From IMG/VR virus record IMGVR_UViG_3300028196_000007, positions 22,140 to 86,139 of that record: 64,000 bases of DNA; one strand, given 5' to 3'. The position numbers were made by a program, and so were the translations under genes. Below, piece after piece: positions 34,236 to 42,508 of the stretch (position 1 is its first letter; every line of letters begins with the position of its first letter). The stretch is from a virus. A model generated the notes under the pieces. The model was not told the DNA's origin. It did no database searches and saw only the letters and a program-made list of their open reading frames with translations.

Positions 34236-34898
34236 CTACATACCCATTAGCATTTCAAACACATTGTCAATTGCTGGATGTCTGTGGTTATCTAGTAGTA
34301 TTCTTTTGTATACATAAGGCGATTCTTTTATTTTTGAGACATCTACTATTGCAGAGTAGTTTATATCTTTTAAATCTATCTGTTGATTGTCACCACAGAA
34401 TATCATTGTAGAACCTTTACCTAGCCTACCTAATGCCATTCTTAGCTGAGCCCTAGTTAAGTTCTGGAACTCATCTATAATTACAACTGAATTTTCAAAT
34501 GTGCGGCCTCTGAAGTGAGCAAGTGATACCAATTCTATATCTTCGCTGCTTTCCATTTTTTCTAATATCTGAGGTTTGTTATATACCTTTCGCATATTTG
34601 AGCGTATAGGTACTAACCACGGCTCCATCTTTTCTTTTTCAGAACCTGGTAAAAAACCGTTGTCTTCTGTAGACACTGTAGGTCTTGTTATAATAATCTT
34701 GTTTATCATTCTTTTAAAAAACATATCAAGTGCAACCTGGCATGCTAGTAGTGTTTTACCTGAGCCGGCTTTTCCTACAATAAAATTATAGGGATGGTGC
34801 AGCATTGCTTGCTTTGCTGACTTCTGTTCTTCTGATAGTGATATTGAAAATTTTACGTTTCCTTTGGGCGGTGTTTTTTCAATGTTTTGTTTAGCCAT
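34236..34898 (-). CDS. phoH: PhoH-like ATPase
   Basis: GKAGSGKT, GFLPG, RGRTF, IDEFQN, RLG, GD..QID. Confidence 0.95.
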   Translation of the reverse strand: MAKQNIEKTPPKGNVKFSISLSEEQKSAKQAMLHHPYNFIVGKAGSGKTLLACQVALDMFFKRMINKIIITRPTVSTEDNGFLPGSEKEKMEPWLVPIRSNMRKVYNKPQILEKMESSEDIELVSLAHFRGRTFENSVVIIDEFQNLTRAQLRMALGRLGKGSTMIFCGDNQQIDLKDINYSAIVDVSKIKESPYVYKRILLDNHRHPAIDNVFEMLMGM

Positions 34899-34920
34899 AA
34901 TTAACCTCCATTGTATTTAC

Positions 34921-34929
34921 TATAAATAT
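34921..34929 (-). promoter_or_regulatory. Class A promoter motif for phoH
   Basis: ATATTTATA between the capsid terminator and phoH. Confidence 0.65.
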
Positions 34930-34937
34930 CACTATAC

Positions 34938-34965
34938 AAAAAAAGACCCCTCCGAAGAGGGGTCC
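34938..34965 (-). terminator. Intrinsic terminator after major capsid gene (cUUCGg loop)
   Basis: GGACCCCUC-UUCG-GAGGGGUCU followed by a U run. Confidence 0.93.
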
Positions 34966-34998
34966 TTAAATAAAATATAATCTGTTTCTTAACTAATA

Positions 34999-36597
34999 TT
35001 AGCTATTGAAAGAACCAGAAATTGAACCAAATGAAGATACCCAAGCAGCATCGTCGACAGTGATTTTACCGTAGAAGTCGTTTCTTACAACTTTCTTAGC
35101 GTATCTTGTCATCACACCTTTTCTTGGAGTAAAGTTAGTTGGGTCATATACTAGTGGAGTCATGATTAACGGAATGTATGGAGCAAATACAGCACCAGTT
35201 TCAAGGAATTGTGTTCCTCTAAATCCTGTTAAAATTTCTTGTCCTGTCCAGTAAGGGTTTTTGTAAATTGTAAATCTGTTCGAAAGTGAACCGATTGCAG
35301 TTACACCCATTGCAAAGCTTCCTGCAGTACCATCAGTATTTGCAGAGTAACCAGCGATAGACTCTAAGTATGTAGCGATTTGTGGAGAACAAACAGCGAA
35401 GTTAGCTCCTCCTCTCATCGTTGATTGGTGGATAGTGTTCGACATTACTTGCATTGTGATTCCTAGTTGAGCAAAAGCATCACCATAAGTTTCACCAGCT
35501 TGTGGTACGTCAGCAGTGAATGTTGCAGAGAATCCAGCAGCTTTTGAAAGCATTGCTAAAATTTCCATGTCGATTTCCATTGAAATGTATTCAGATAGCA
35601 TAGATGTTAATTCTGCTTCAGCATCAATTGAATGATAAGCATTTAAATCTTGTGCGAATTCTGGTGACCATTTAACTTTAAGTTTTCTAGTCTTAGCAAC
35701 TAAAGCTTCTTGAGTTAATTGAACATCAATTTCTGGAATTTCTAAATCTGAACCAACTCCAGTACTAGCACCTCCCATTTCAATACCTACTGAATCTTCA
35801 AAGTCACCTCTTAAGGTAGCAGTTTGAGTATTTCTGTAGTAGAATAAGTTTCCACCTGTTCCAGGTAAAGCCATGTTAGAACCAGCTAATGTAGCAGCAC
35901 TTCCAAGTCCTTTAAATGTTACAGATGTAGTACCATTATAAGCAGATGCAGTAAATACCGTATCTCCTGCAGCACCACCAGTTGAACCAGATACAACATA
36001 AAATGCTGAAGCTAAATCGTAGTCTACGTCAGTTGGAGCATCTCCGAAAGATAAAGTACCTGCAAGGTTTAATACACCAGCAGCTAAATCAGCTGAGTTA
36101 GATACAGCAACTTTTACTTTTCCTAATGAATATCCAGCAGGACGTCCACCCATATCTGAATCCCAGTTTCCGTATAATCCATCGTTCATGTTTGGTTTGT
36201 TTTTACCAGAACCACCGTATAAAGAATTGCCATCTTCATGACGTCCTTTAGCTGTTCCGTATTTGAAATCTAACCAGAAAACTAGACCTGAAGGTAAGTT
36301 CATTGGTTGTACGCTGACAAATTCCTTTGCAGAAATTTCAGCAAAGATTCTTCTAACTAATGGTAAAGCTACACCATTCCAGTCCTCACGACCACCAGCA
36401 TCGGTAGCGTTAGCTTCTGAAATAAGTTGTTTAGCTTGATTTTCTAAAAGGATTGCAGTATTGTGTTTGTTATACTCCTCAGTAACTCCTTCTAAAAGAC
36501 CAGTTTTTTCCCATTTAGTTACAAGACCTTTAGTTTGGTTTCTCTGAGCAGCAAATTGTGCTTGAGAATCTTGTAATAAATCGTTAATTTGTGACAT
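34999..36597 (-). CDS. Major capsid protein (gp23-like)
   Basis: LLENQ, LPLVRR, VQPMNLPSG, AKTRKLK..WSPE.AQDL, APYIPL, MTRYA. Confidence 0.97.
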   Translation of the reverse strand: MSQINDLLQDSQAQFAAQRNQTKGLVTKWEKTGLLEGVTEEYNKHNTAILLENQAKQLISEANATDAGGREDWNGVALPLVRRIFAEISAKEFVSVQPMNLPSGLVFWLDFKYGTAKGRHEDGNSLYGGSGKNKPNMNDGLYGNWDSDMGGRPAGYSLGKVKVAVSNSADLAAGVLNLAGTLSFGDAPTDVDYDLASAFYVVSGSTGGAAGDTVFTASAYNGTTSVTFKGLGSAATLAGSNMALPGTGGNLFYYRNTQTATLRGDFEDSVGIEMGGASTGVGSDLEIPEIDVQLTQEALVAKTRKLKVKWSPEFAQDLNAYHSIDAEAELTSMLSEYISMEIDMEILAMLSKAAGFSATFTADVPQAGETYGDAFAQLGITMQVMSNTIHQSTMRGGANFAVCSPQIATYLESIAGYSANTDGTAGSFAMGVTAIGSLSNRFTIYKNPYWTGQEILTGFRGTQFLETGAVFAPYIPLIMTPLVYDPTNFTPRKGVMTRYAKKVVRNDFYGKITVDDAAWVSSFGSISGSFNS

Positions 36598-36628
36598 TTT
36601 TTAAGTCTCCTATTTTTTAAAAATTAAA

Positions 36629-37582
36629 TTATTTTAATCCTGCTAACCTTTGCATTCTAGCTGCAAAAGTATTTGATTCAACAATTACATCTTTCGATGG
36701 CTTTGTAGAACCGATTGTTTTTGATGCGAAGCTTTCGTTAACTTTCTTCTTTGGAACATAGTTCGTGATTGATTCAGCTAATGTAGAATAAACTAATTTA
36801 ACTTCTCTTACAGAATTTGCTCTATCGAATGTTTCGATAACTTTCATCTTTTGTGATTCTGATAAACTGTTTCCTCTGAATAATTTGTTTGAATAAAGTA
36901 ATTTAGAGTTTAGTAAGTTTACTTCGTTAATTTTAGATTTTAAAAATCTAATAACTTTGTAAGCTTCTTCTAATTCATCTTCTTCTTCAAGTTCTTCAGT
37001 TTCTTCTAATTCATCTTCTTCTCTTAGTGCAGAAATAATCTCTTCTAAGTCCATTTCTTCCTCAACTTCATCTTCTTCAGATAGGGCTTTGGCGTCGTTA
37101 TCAGGTTCAGCATCAAGTGACTTTTCGTTAGCAGCTGGGTCTTCAGTATCGGCTTTTAATTCGCCTTCTTCTAAATCCTCATCTTCTTCAAGTTCCTTAA
37201 TGATTTCTTCCAATTCCATTTCGTCTTCGTCCATTTCTTCTGTTTCTTCGATTTCCTCAGTCTCATTGTATGATTCATCAGCAGGCATATCTGCACCTGT
37301 TTCGTCTGTTTCATCATCAGCAGAGCCAGTGTCAGCAGCATCAGCAGTAGTGTCAGCGATAGCAACTTCTTCGTCCTCAATTGAGGTATCAGTAGCAGCT
37401 AATTCATCTTCTTCTTCTAATTCTTCATCCATTTCTTCGGCAATCTTATTAGATAACATAGATTGTAGTTTGGGAGTAAATGCTTCTTCAAGAGCTAATT
37501 TCGCGTTTGCTATTGCAGTTGAACGAACCGCTTTAGCGTCGGCAATTGCCTCTTTTAATAAGTCGTTTTTTGACATTATCAT
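36629..37582 (-). CDS. Prohead scaffold protein (gp22-like; start may be 37576)
   Basis: Very acidic centre with many LxE sites; C-terminal RMQRLAGL; directly upstream of the capsid gene. Confidence 0.8.
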   Translation of the reverse strand: MIMSKNDLLKEAIADAKAVRSTAIANAKLALEEAFTPKLQSMLSNKIAEEMDEELEEEDELAATDTSIEDEEVAIADTTADAADTGSADDETDETGADMPADESYNETEEIEETEEMDEDEMELEEIIKELEEDEDLEEGELKADTEDPAANEKSLDAEPDNDAKALSEEDEVEEEMDLEEIISALREEDELEETEELEEEDELEEAYKVIRFLKSKINEVNLLNSKLLYSNKLFRGNSLSESQKMKVIETFDRANSVREVKLVYSTLAESITNYVPKKKVNESFASKTIGSTKPSKDVIVESNTFAARMQRLAGLK

Positions 37583-37602
37583 TCTCCTTTAATTTTTGTT
37601 CT

Positions 37603-37696
37603 GGAAATAAGGTTATTAGGAACCTTAATAGGGTAGTTATAGTTTGTGTATTGTATTATATAGAGATAATACATTTTGTATACACGTAATTTTTCC
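37603..37696 (-). promoter_or_regulatory. Structured 5' leader of scaffold/capsid operon
   Basis: GGAAA/UUUCC encloses a bulged 6+8-bp hairpin and a 7-bp hairpin; class A motif at 37699-37707. Confidence 0.45.
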
Positions 37697-37728
37697 TATA
37701 TAAATATATATGTAAAACCTGAAAAACT

Positions 37729-37752
37729 AAAAAAGAGCTTAAAAAAGCTCTT
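37729..37752 (-). terminator. Intrinsic terminator after bS21
   Basis: AAGAGCUU...AAGCUCUU followed by U residues. Confidence 0.6.
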
Positions 37753-37771
37753 CTTTATAAAAATATTTTAT

Positions 37772-38116
37772 TTATTTTGCCCTGCCTTCTTCTATGGCGA
37801 CCCAAACATATCCCTTTTCATTTCTTTTAGCAATTCTTTCTTTATATTGCTGGGACCTTATTGCCTCCTCTTTCTTCTTTCTTCTAACTTGTGCAGGTTT
37901 AATATATTCGTTTTTAGCTCTATACTTAGATATCTTATCTGAATCTTTTAATTGACGCTTAAGATATTTCAGTGCTCGTTCCAGTGTATATGTATTAGTG
38001 TCTGGAACTTTTACTCCTTCGGGATTTCCTTCTAGATAGAAGTCATGTCTTCCAAAGCTTTTCTTTTTAAAAGGCTTTTTCTTAAAGTCCTTTTTGTAAT
38101 TGGGTTTGTGTTTCAT
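37772..38116 (-). CDS. rpsU: Phage-encoded ribosomal protein bS21 homolog with basic N-terminal extension
   Basis: V.V....LERALKYLKRQ......YRAKNEYIKPAQVRRKKKEEAIR matches the bS21 pattern. Confidence 0.85.
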   Translation of the reverse strand: MKHKPNYKKDFKKKPFKKKSFGRHDFYLEGNPEGVKVPDTNTYTLERALKYLKRQLKDSDKISKYRAKNEYIKPAQVRRKKKEEAIRSQQYKERIAKRNEKGYVWVAIEEGRAK

Positions 38117-38148
38117 TTGTATTATTTACGTTAAACTTAATTTATATC

Positions 38149-38196
38149 TAATATAACAAAAAAATCCGATATATAAAACATATACCGGACTTTTTT
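38149..38196 (-). promoter_or_regulatory. Class B promoter of bS21 overlapped by a terminator hairpin
   Basis: Promoter at 38178-38149; hairpin GUCCGGUAUA/UAUAUCGGAU plus U run uses the promoter box as its 3' arm. Confidence 0.7.
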
Positions 38197-38219
38197 AAAT
38201 ATACTATTTTTATTGTATT

Positions 38220-39626
38220 TTATCGCTGCTTGCTTTCATTTGCCATGTTATATCTTACATCTTCTAACCAATCAGATACATCGAAATCTCCATAGTCTTT
38301 TACAAAATCCATTGGTTTTTTTCTTGCAATTTGCTCAATAGACTTTAGATAATCTTTAACATAATTTTTATCTAATTTTCTACCACCTGTTGTTTTCATC
38401 AAAGCTTTAACTGCATTAGTTAAAGTGTCTTTTGCTGTTGCTTCATTTAATTTGCCTTCATATAACAAATCAAACATTGTGTTTTGTACTTTAGTTGAAC
38501 TAGCTCTACCACCAGCTTTTTCAATTGCTCTTCTAGCTTTTAGAGCATTTTTCTTAAGTACCATATAATATCCATTTCTAGGACCACCCATTTTCTTAAT
38601 ATATTGTGCACCTTGTATTTTAGAACCAACAGGTCTTGAATTACCTCTAGGGTCTATTATTACAAATTCTCTAGATTCATTTATAGATTCTTTAACTATG
38701 TCTCTGTATTCGCCTTGATTAACTATCTTAGCTTTCTGTAGCATGTCAGTATAATAATCTTTGATTTCTTTCATATAGTTTGCAACGTAATCAGTTCTCC
38801 AAGATGTATCAACATCTTTTCCTTTCATTGCTGCCTTTTCTTTTTCTGCAGCAGCAAATTCTTGTTTGTATCTTACGTACGAGTCAACCATTCTAGAATA
38901 TCTATCAGTAACAGTTTTATATGTATCCCACGATGTTTGGTATTTACCTTTTTTAAGCATCTGAGTATTTTTATCTATTACCTGTTGAACTACCTTAGCA
39001 GCTTGAGCCATAAGCTTTTCCATACCTTCTGCGCCTGTTGCTGCAACTTTCATAGTTAAAGCTTTTTTATATCTCTTATGATTTGCGTTAGCAACATCTC
39101 TAGCTTGCATTAATGCCGTAGCACCTTTTTGAGCTTCTGCTCTAGCAGCTTGTTTTTCTTTTGCTGAAGGTATATCTGATAAAGCAATGCTGATTACTCT
39201 GTCGGCTACTTCAGAATATCTTTTGTAATTGTCAACTGACTTCTGTTGATTACCTACCATACTAGGTGTAGATGAATATCTTTGCTTTGGCCAATACATA
39301 GATTTTTTACCTATAGTAATTCCTATAATACCTTTTCTAAGTCTTCCGTATTCACTAGTTCGTTGGAATGGATTTTCTTTATCGTTATCTAATACAAAGA
39401 TATTCATATAATCATTTGAAGGGTTAGCACTTGCTCCTACGTTTTTATCTTCTACATCAGACCAAGCGAAGCCTCTAGTTTTAGCAGTAGAGCCAAAAAA
39501 TCTCTGGTCTGTTGAATCCATCATTTTAAATAATTGAGTTATCTTGCTGGAAGCAAACTTTTCTGTAATTAGAGATTTCATTATTTCTTCTCTAATTATT
39601 TTTCTTAATTTTTCTTCTTTATTCAT
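38220..39626 (-). CDS. Hypothetical head-module protein (likely internal, multi-domain)
   Basis: 468 aa with LITE, SINE, KLNE and MANE putative protease sites. Confidence 0.7.
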   Translation of the reverse strand: MNKEEKLRKIIREEIMKSLITEKFASSKITQLFKMMDSTDQRFFGSTAKTRGFAWSDVEDKNVGASANPSNDYMNIFVLDNDKENPFQRTSEYGRLRKGIIGITIGKKSMYWPKQRYSSTPSMVGNQQKSVDNYKRYSEVADRVISIALSDIPSAKEKQAARAEAQKGATALMQARDVANANHKRYKKALTMKVAATGAEGMEKLMAQAAKVVQQVIDKNTQMLKKGKYQTSWDTYKTVTDRYSRMVDSYVRYKQEFAAAEKEKAAMKGKDVDTSWRTDYVANYMKEIKDYYTDMLQKAKIVNQGEYRDIVKESINESREFVIIDPRGNSRPVGSKIQGAQYIKKMGGPRNGYYMVLKKNALKARRAIEKAGGRASSTKVQNTMFDLLYEGKLNEATAKDTLTNAVKALMKTTGGRKLDKNYVKDYLKSIEQIARKKPMDFVKDYGDFDVSDWLEDVRYNMANESKQR

Positions 39627-39630
39627 TGTA

Positions 39631-40521
39631 TTACCCTATCTTTGTTAGTTTGTGAGTTTGAGTTGACATCCAATAGTCACCGCTTAACCCTGCCATTTTT
39701 GATGCTTTTTTAATAGCTTCAACTGTTGAGCGTGCTTTAACTTTATATTTCTTCTTAGGGTCTAAATCTACACCACCTAGCTTCATTGGAGCAAATTGCA
39801 TTTCCCATGTTGCGAATCCTTCATTTATATTTTTATTACTTCTCATATTTACTGCAATGCCTGGAGCAGATACTACATTTGATAAACCTTCGAATGCTTC
39901 GTTAACCAATTTTTGGTAAGATTTTTTACCTTCGTTCTTTCCTTTGTGCATCTTGTCAACTTTGTTAAAGAAGTCTTTCTTTTCTTCGTCGTCCAATTCT
40001 GCTGGAGAATCTACTCCTTCATCATCTAATGCAGCTTTGAATTTAGCTTGATATTTGTCTTGAGCCTCTGATTCTTCTACTGAATCACAAGTGCAATTGC
40101 CTGTAGGACATCCGCAGTCATCTTCGTTTAACTCTGCTATTTCGTAGTATTTACCAAGCTTACCACCAATGTCTTCGAATACAGATTCCAATCTTTGTTG
40201 CAGTGTAGAGATTTCCTTGAATGTTCCTTCAAACACCTTTATAGATTCTCCTATAGCTTTAGTATCTCTTTTTACAGATACTGCATCGAACCAATCAGCT
40301 GTTTCTTCTATTGCCATTCTGCTAGCATTTTCAGCCATCATCTTGATATTTTCTACCAATTCGCTTATTTCGTTTGTTTTGTATATGTTTTGACCAAGCT
40401 CGTTAAATCTTTTAACAGCTTCTAAAGTCTGCTTCTTTTCTTGCTCTGTCATTCTTTTTTGAGACGAAGACTCGTTTAAGTAGTTTTTGTTTCTCCAATC
40501 TCTGATGTTGAATTTACTCAT
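39631..40521 (-). CDS. Hypothetical head-module protein
   Basis: 296 aa with YLNE, ELNE, LVNE, NINE; follows the protease gene. Confidence 0.7.
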   Translation of the reverse strand: MSKFNIRDWRNKNYLNESSSQKRMTEQEKKQTLEAVKRFNELGQNIYKTNEISELVENIKMMAENASRMAIEETADWFDAVSVKRDTKAIGESIKVFEGTFKEISTLQQRLESVFEDIGGKLGKYYEIAELNEDDCGCPTGNCTCDSVEESEAQDKYQAKFKAALDDEGVDSPAELDDEEKKDFFNKVDKMHKGKNEGKKSYQKLVNEAFEGLSNVVSAPGIAVNMRSNKNINEGFATWEMQFAPMKLGGVDLDPKKKYKVKARSTVEAIKKASKMAGLSGDYWMSTQTHKLTKIG

Positions 40522-40522
40522 T

Positions 40523-41155
40523 TTATTTGCTCCTTGTTGGTAGTGCGCATTTGCAAGTTAAATCGCAAAGCATTTCGTTTATTATATTGTTTACCTTATC
40601 GTATTTATTTATATAAATATCATTTACTGATTCCTTAATAGGTGCCATGAACGCTCCATGTGTCGATGGGTTAGATACAAAATCCCAGCATACTAATTCG
40701 AAGTCAGGTTGTACTTCAAGTGTTCCATCTTCAGAAAGTTGTTTTACTGAACCTAGTCCTCTTGATGATATTCCTAGTTTCACACCAGCTTTTAAAAGCT
40801 CTTTGAGAATGTTACCAGAAGGTGTACCTAGTACTTCTACCTGGCCTAACAAATCATCGCCTTTCCACCATATTTTTTTTATATTATGTGATACGTTCTG
40901 TAAATTTACAACTGAAGATTCTGGATGGTCTAATTCTCCAAGTGCTCTATTCTCTGCAATTTGTTCATTAGAATACTTTGATGCTTCACGCATAAGTGTT
41001 TCTTTAGGATATACTCTGCCATTCTGGTTTTTAGCTCCAGCTCTTTGAAGTACACCGGTTACTATAACACGGCCTTCATTTCTTTCTTCTGATTCTTTAA
41101 TCATCTGAGGTGTTATTTCAAATGATGTATAATCTATTAACACTTCTTTTGACAT
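40523..41155 (-). CDS. Prohead protease (gp21-like)
   Basis: NQNGRVYP, ALGELDHP, GISSRGLGS, DFVSNPS. Confidence 0.97.
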   Translation of the reverse strand: MSKEVLIDYTSFEITPQMIKESEERNEGRVIVTGVLQRAGAKNQNGRVYPKETLMREASKYSNEQIAENRALGELDHPESSVVNLQNVSHNIKKIWWKGDDLLGQVEVLGTPSGNILKELLKAGVKLGISSRGLGSVKQLSEDGTLEVQPDFELVCWDFVSNPSTHGAFMAPIKESVNDIYINKYDKVNNIINEMLCDLTCKCALPTRSK

Positions 41156-41619
41156 TAGAATCTCCTTAGTTTTTCAGACAGCCGCTCCATTTTACCAGAA
41201 ATTTTTTCTAGATTCTCTCTAGTTGATTTCCAATATTTAGCCTCATCTATTCCTGTTTCTGTCTTGAGTTTGATATTTTGGTTTATTATTCTTTCTATCT
41301 TGAACAATTTGCTATTAACTTCCTTTATAGCTCTATTTACTTTTTGCTTTGACGTTGCTGATTCATCTTTCTTATAATCATTGTAGTTAGCTTCATTCAT
41401 TAACGTAAGCTTAGCCATCTTCATAAAAGTTGATTCTTTTACTTGCTTCATGCCTTTGAGACCTACAGTTGCATCTTTCTTCTTTTTGTTACTAAATGCG
41501 TATTTTGTATCATATTCTCCACCTGCATCAGCTGTTGAGTTTGATTCTTCTATTTCAGATTCAAATGTCTTTTTGAAGTCTTCTTTAAACATTTTATCTA
41601 ATTTATCATTTAATGACAT
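41155..41619 (-). CDS. Hypothetical head-module protein
   Basis: 154 aa between portal and protease; coupled stop/start. Confidence 0.7.
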   Translation of the reverse strand: MSLNDKLDKMFKEDFKKTFESEIEESNSTADAGGEYDTKYAFSNKKKKDATVGLKGMKQVKESTFMKMAKLTLMNEANYNDYKKDESATSKQKVNRAIKEVNSKLFKIERIINQNIKLKTETGIDEAKYWKSTRENLEKISGKMERLSEKLRRF

Positions 41620-42451
41620 TGTTTATCTCCTTTATAAGGTCGTAAGCTCTTAGAACAGAAAGCATATGCTTATCTTGAATTTTTCTTTCTTTCTTTATAA
41701 GTCTTAACTGTGTTACAACTTCATTTAGCTTTATTGAAACTACATCATCTTTAACTTTTTTAGAAAGTGATTTTAAAGAAGATGCAGTTTTATTTATCTC
41801 TGAATGTAAATAAGTTTTAAGCTTTTCTGTATTTGATATATTGTTTATGTATTCTCGTAAAAGAGTTTTTTGGCCAGCGCTTAACGTGCCATACTTATCA
41901 TTAAACTTTTCTAACATTATCTTGTATGAAAGCAATCTAATATCTTTATCTTGTTTAGAATACATTTGGTATGTTTCATCTACTCTAGATATTTTCTTTT
42001 TCTTACTTGTAATTGTTTCTATAAGTGAATATCTAAATCTTACGTTTTGTGCAGGGGAAGTTTTTTCTTCGAATAAACAGAATATAGATGCGTTATCAGA
42101 ATAGTTTTCAACTTTAGCTTTAAAAAATTCTACAACGTTATAATTATTTTTCACTTCTTTTATAAGGTTATATTTTTGTTTTCTAAGCTCTGTTGATGAT
42201 AACTGCTTTCTTTCTTTCAATACCGCTGCGATAAACTTTTCAGCTTTCTTTTCAGTATTAAACTTTTCTTTTAAAAGAGTTTGATAAAGTGCAAGCTCTT
42301 TCTTTAAAGTTGTATTTTTCTTAAAAAATTCTTTAATAATGCCTATTGCAGGAGACTTATCAACTCCGTTAATAGTGTCGCTTGTTATTTGTCGTACTAA
42401 CAGCTCGAATAATATTCCAGTGTTTTTGTATTTCGAATGTTTTGCTTTCAT
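41606..42451 (-). CDS. Hypothetical head-module protein (start probably 42451, MKAKHSKYKNTG)
   Basis: Helical basic protein after the portal; class A motif at 42488-42496. Confidence 0.7.
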   Translation of the reverse strand: MKAKHSKYKNTGILFELLVRQITSDTINGVDKSPAIGIIKEFFKKNTTLKKELALYQTLLKEKFNTEKKAEKFIAAVLKERKQLSSTELRKQKYNLIKEVKNNYNVVEFFKAKVENYSDNASIFCLFEEKTSPAQNVRFRYSLIETITSKKKKISRVDETYQMYSKQDKDIRLLSYKIMLEKFNDKYGTLSAGQKTLLREYINNISNTEKLKTYLHSEINKTASSLKSLSKKVKDDVVSIKLNEVVTQLRLIKKERKIQDKHMLSVLRAYDLIKEINNVIK

Positions 42452-42508
42452 TTGTTTTCTTTCCCGCATATATCTTTATATATTATATATAAATATACAT
42501 AAACTAAT

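Noticed and set aside
37089-37592. 167-aa poly-Ser plus-strand ORF
   Set aside because: Reverse complement of GAA/GAT runs in the acidic scaffold gene.
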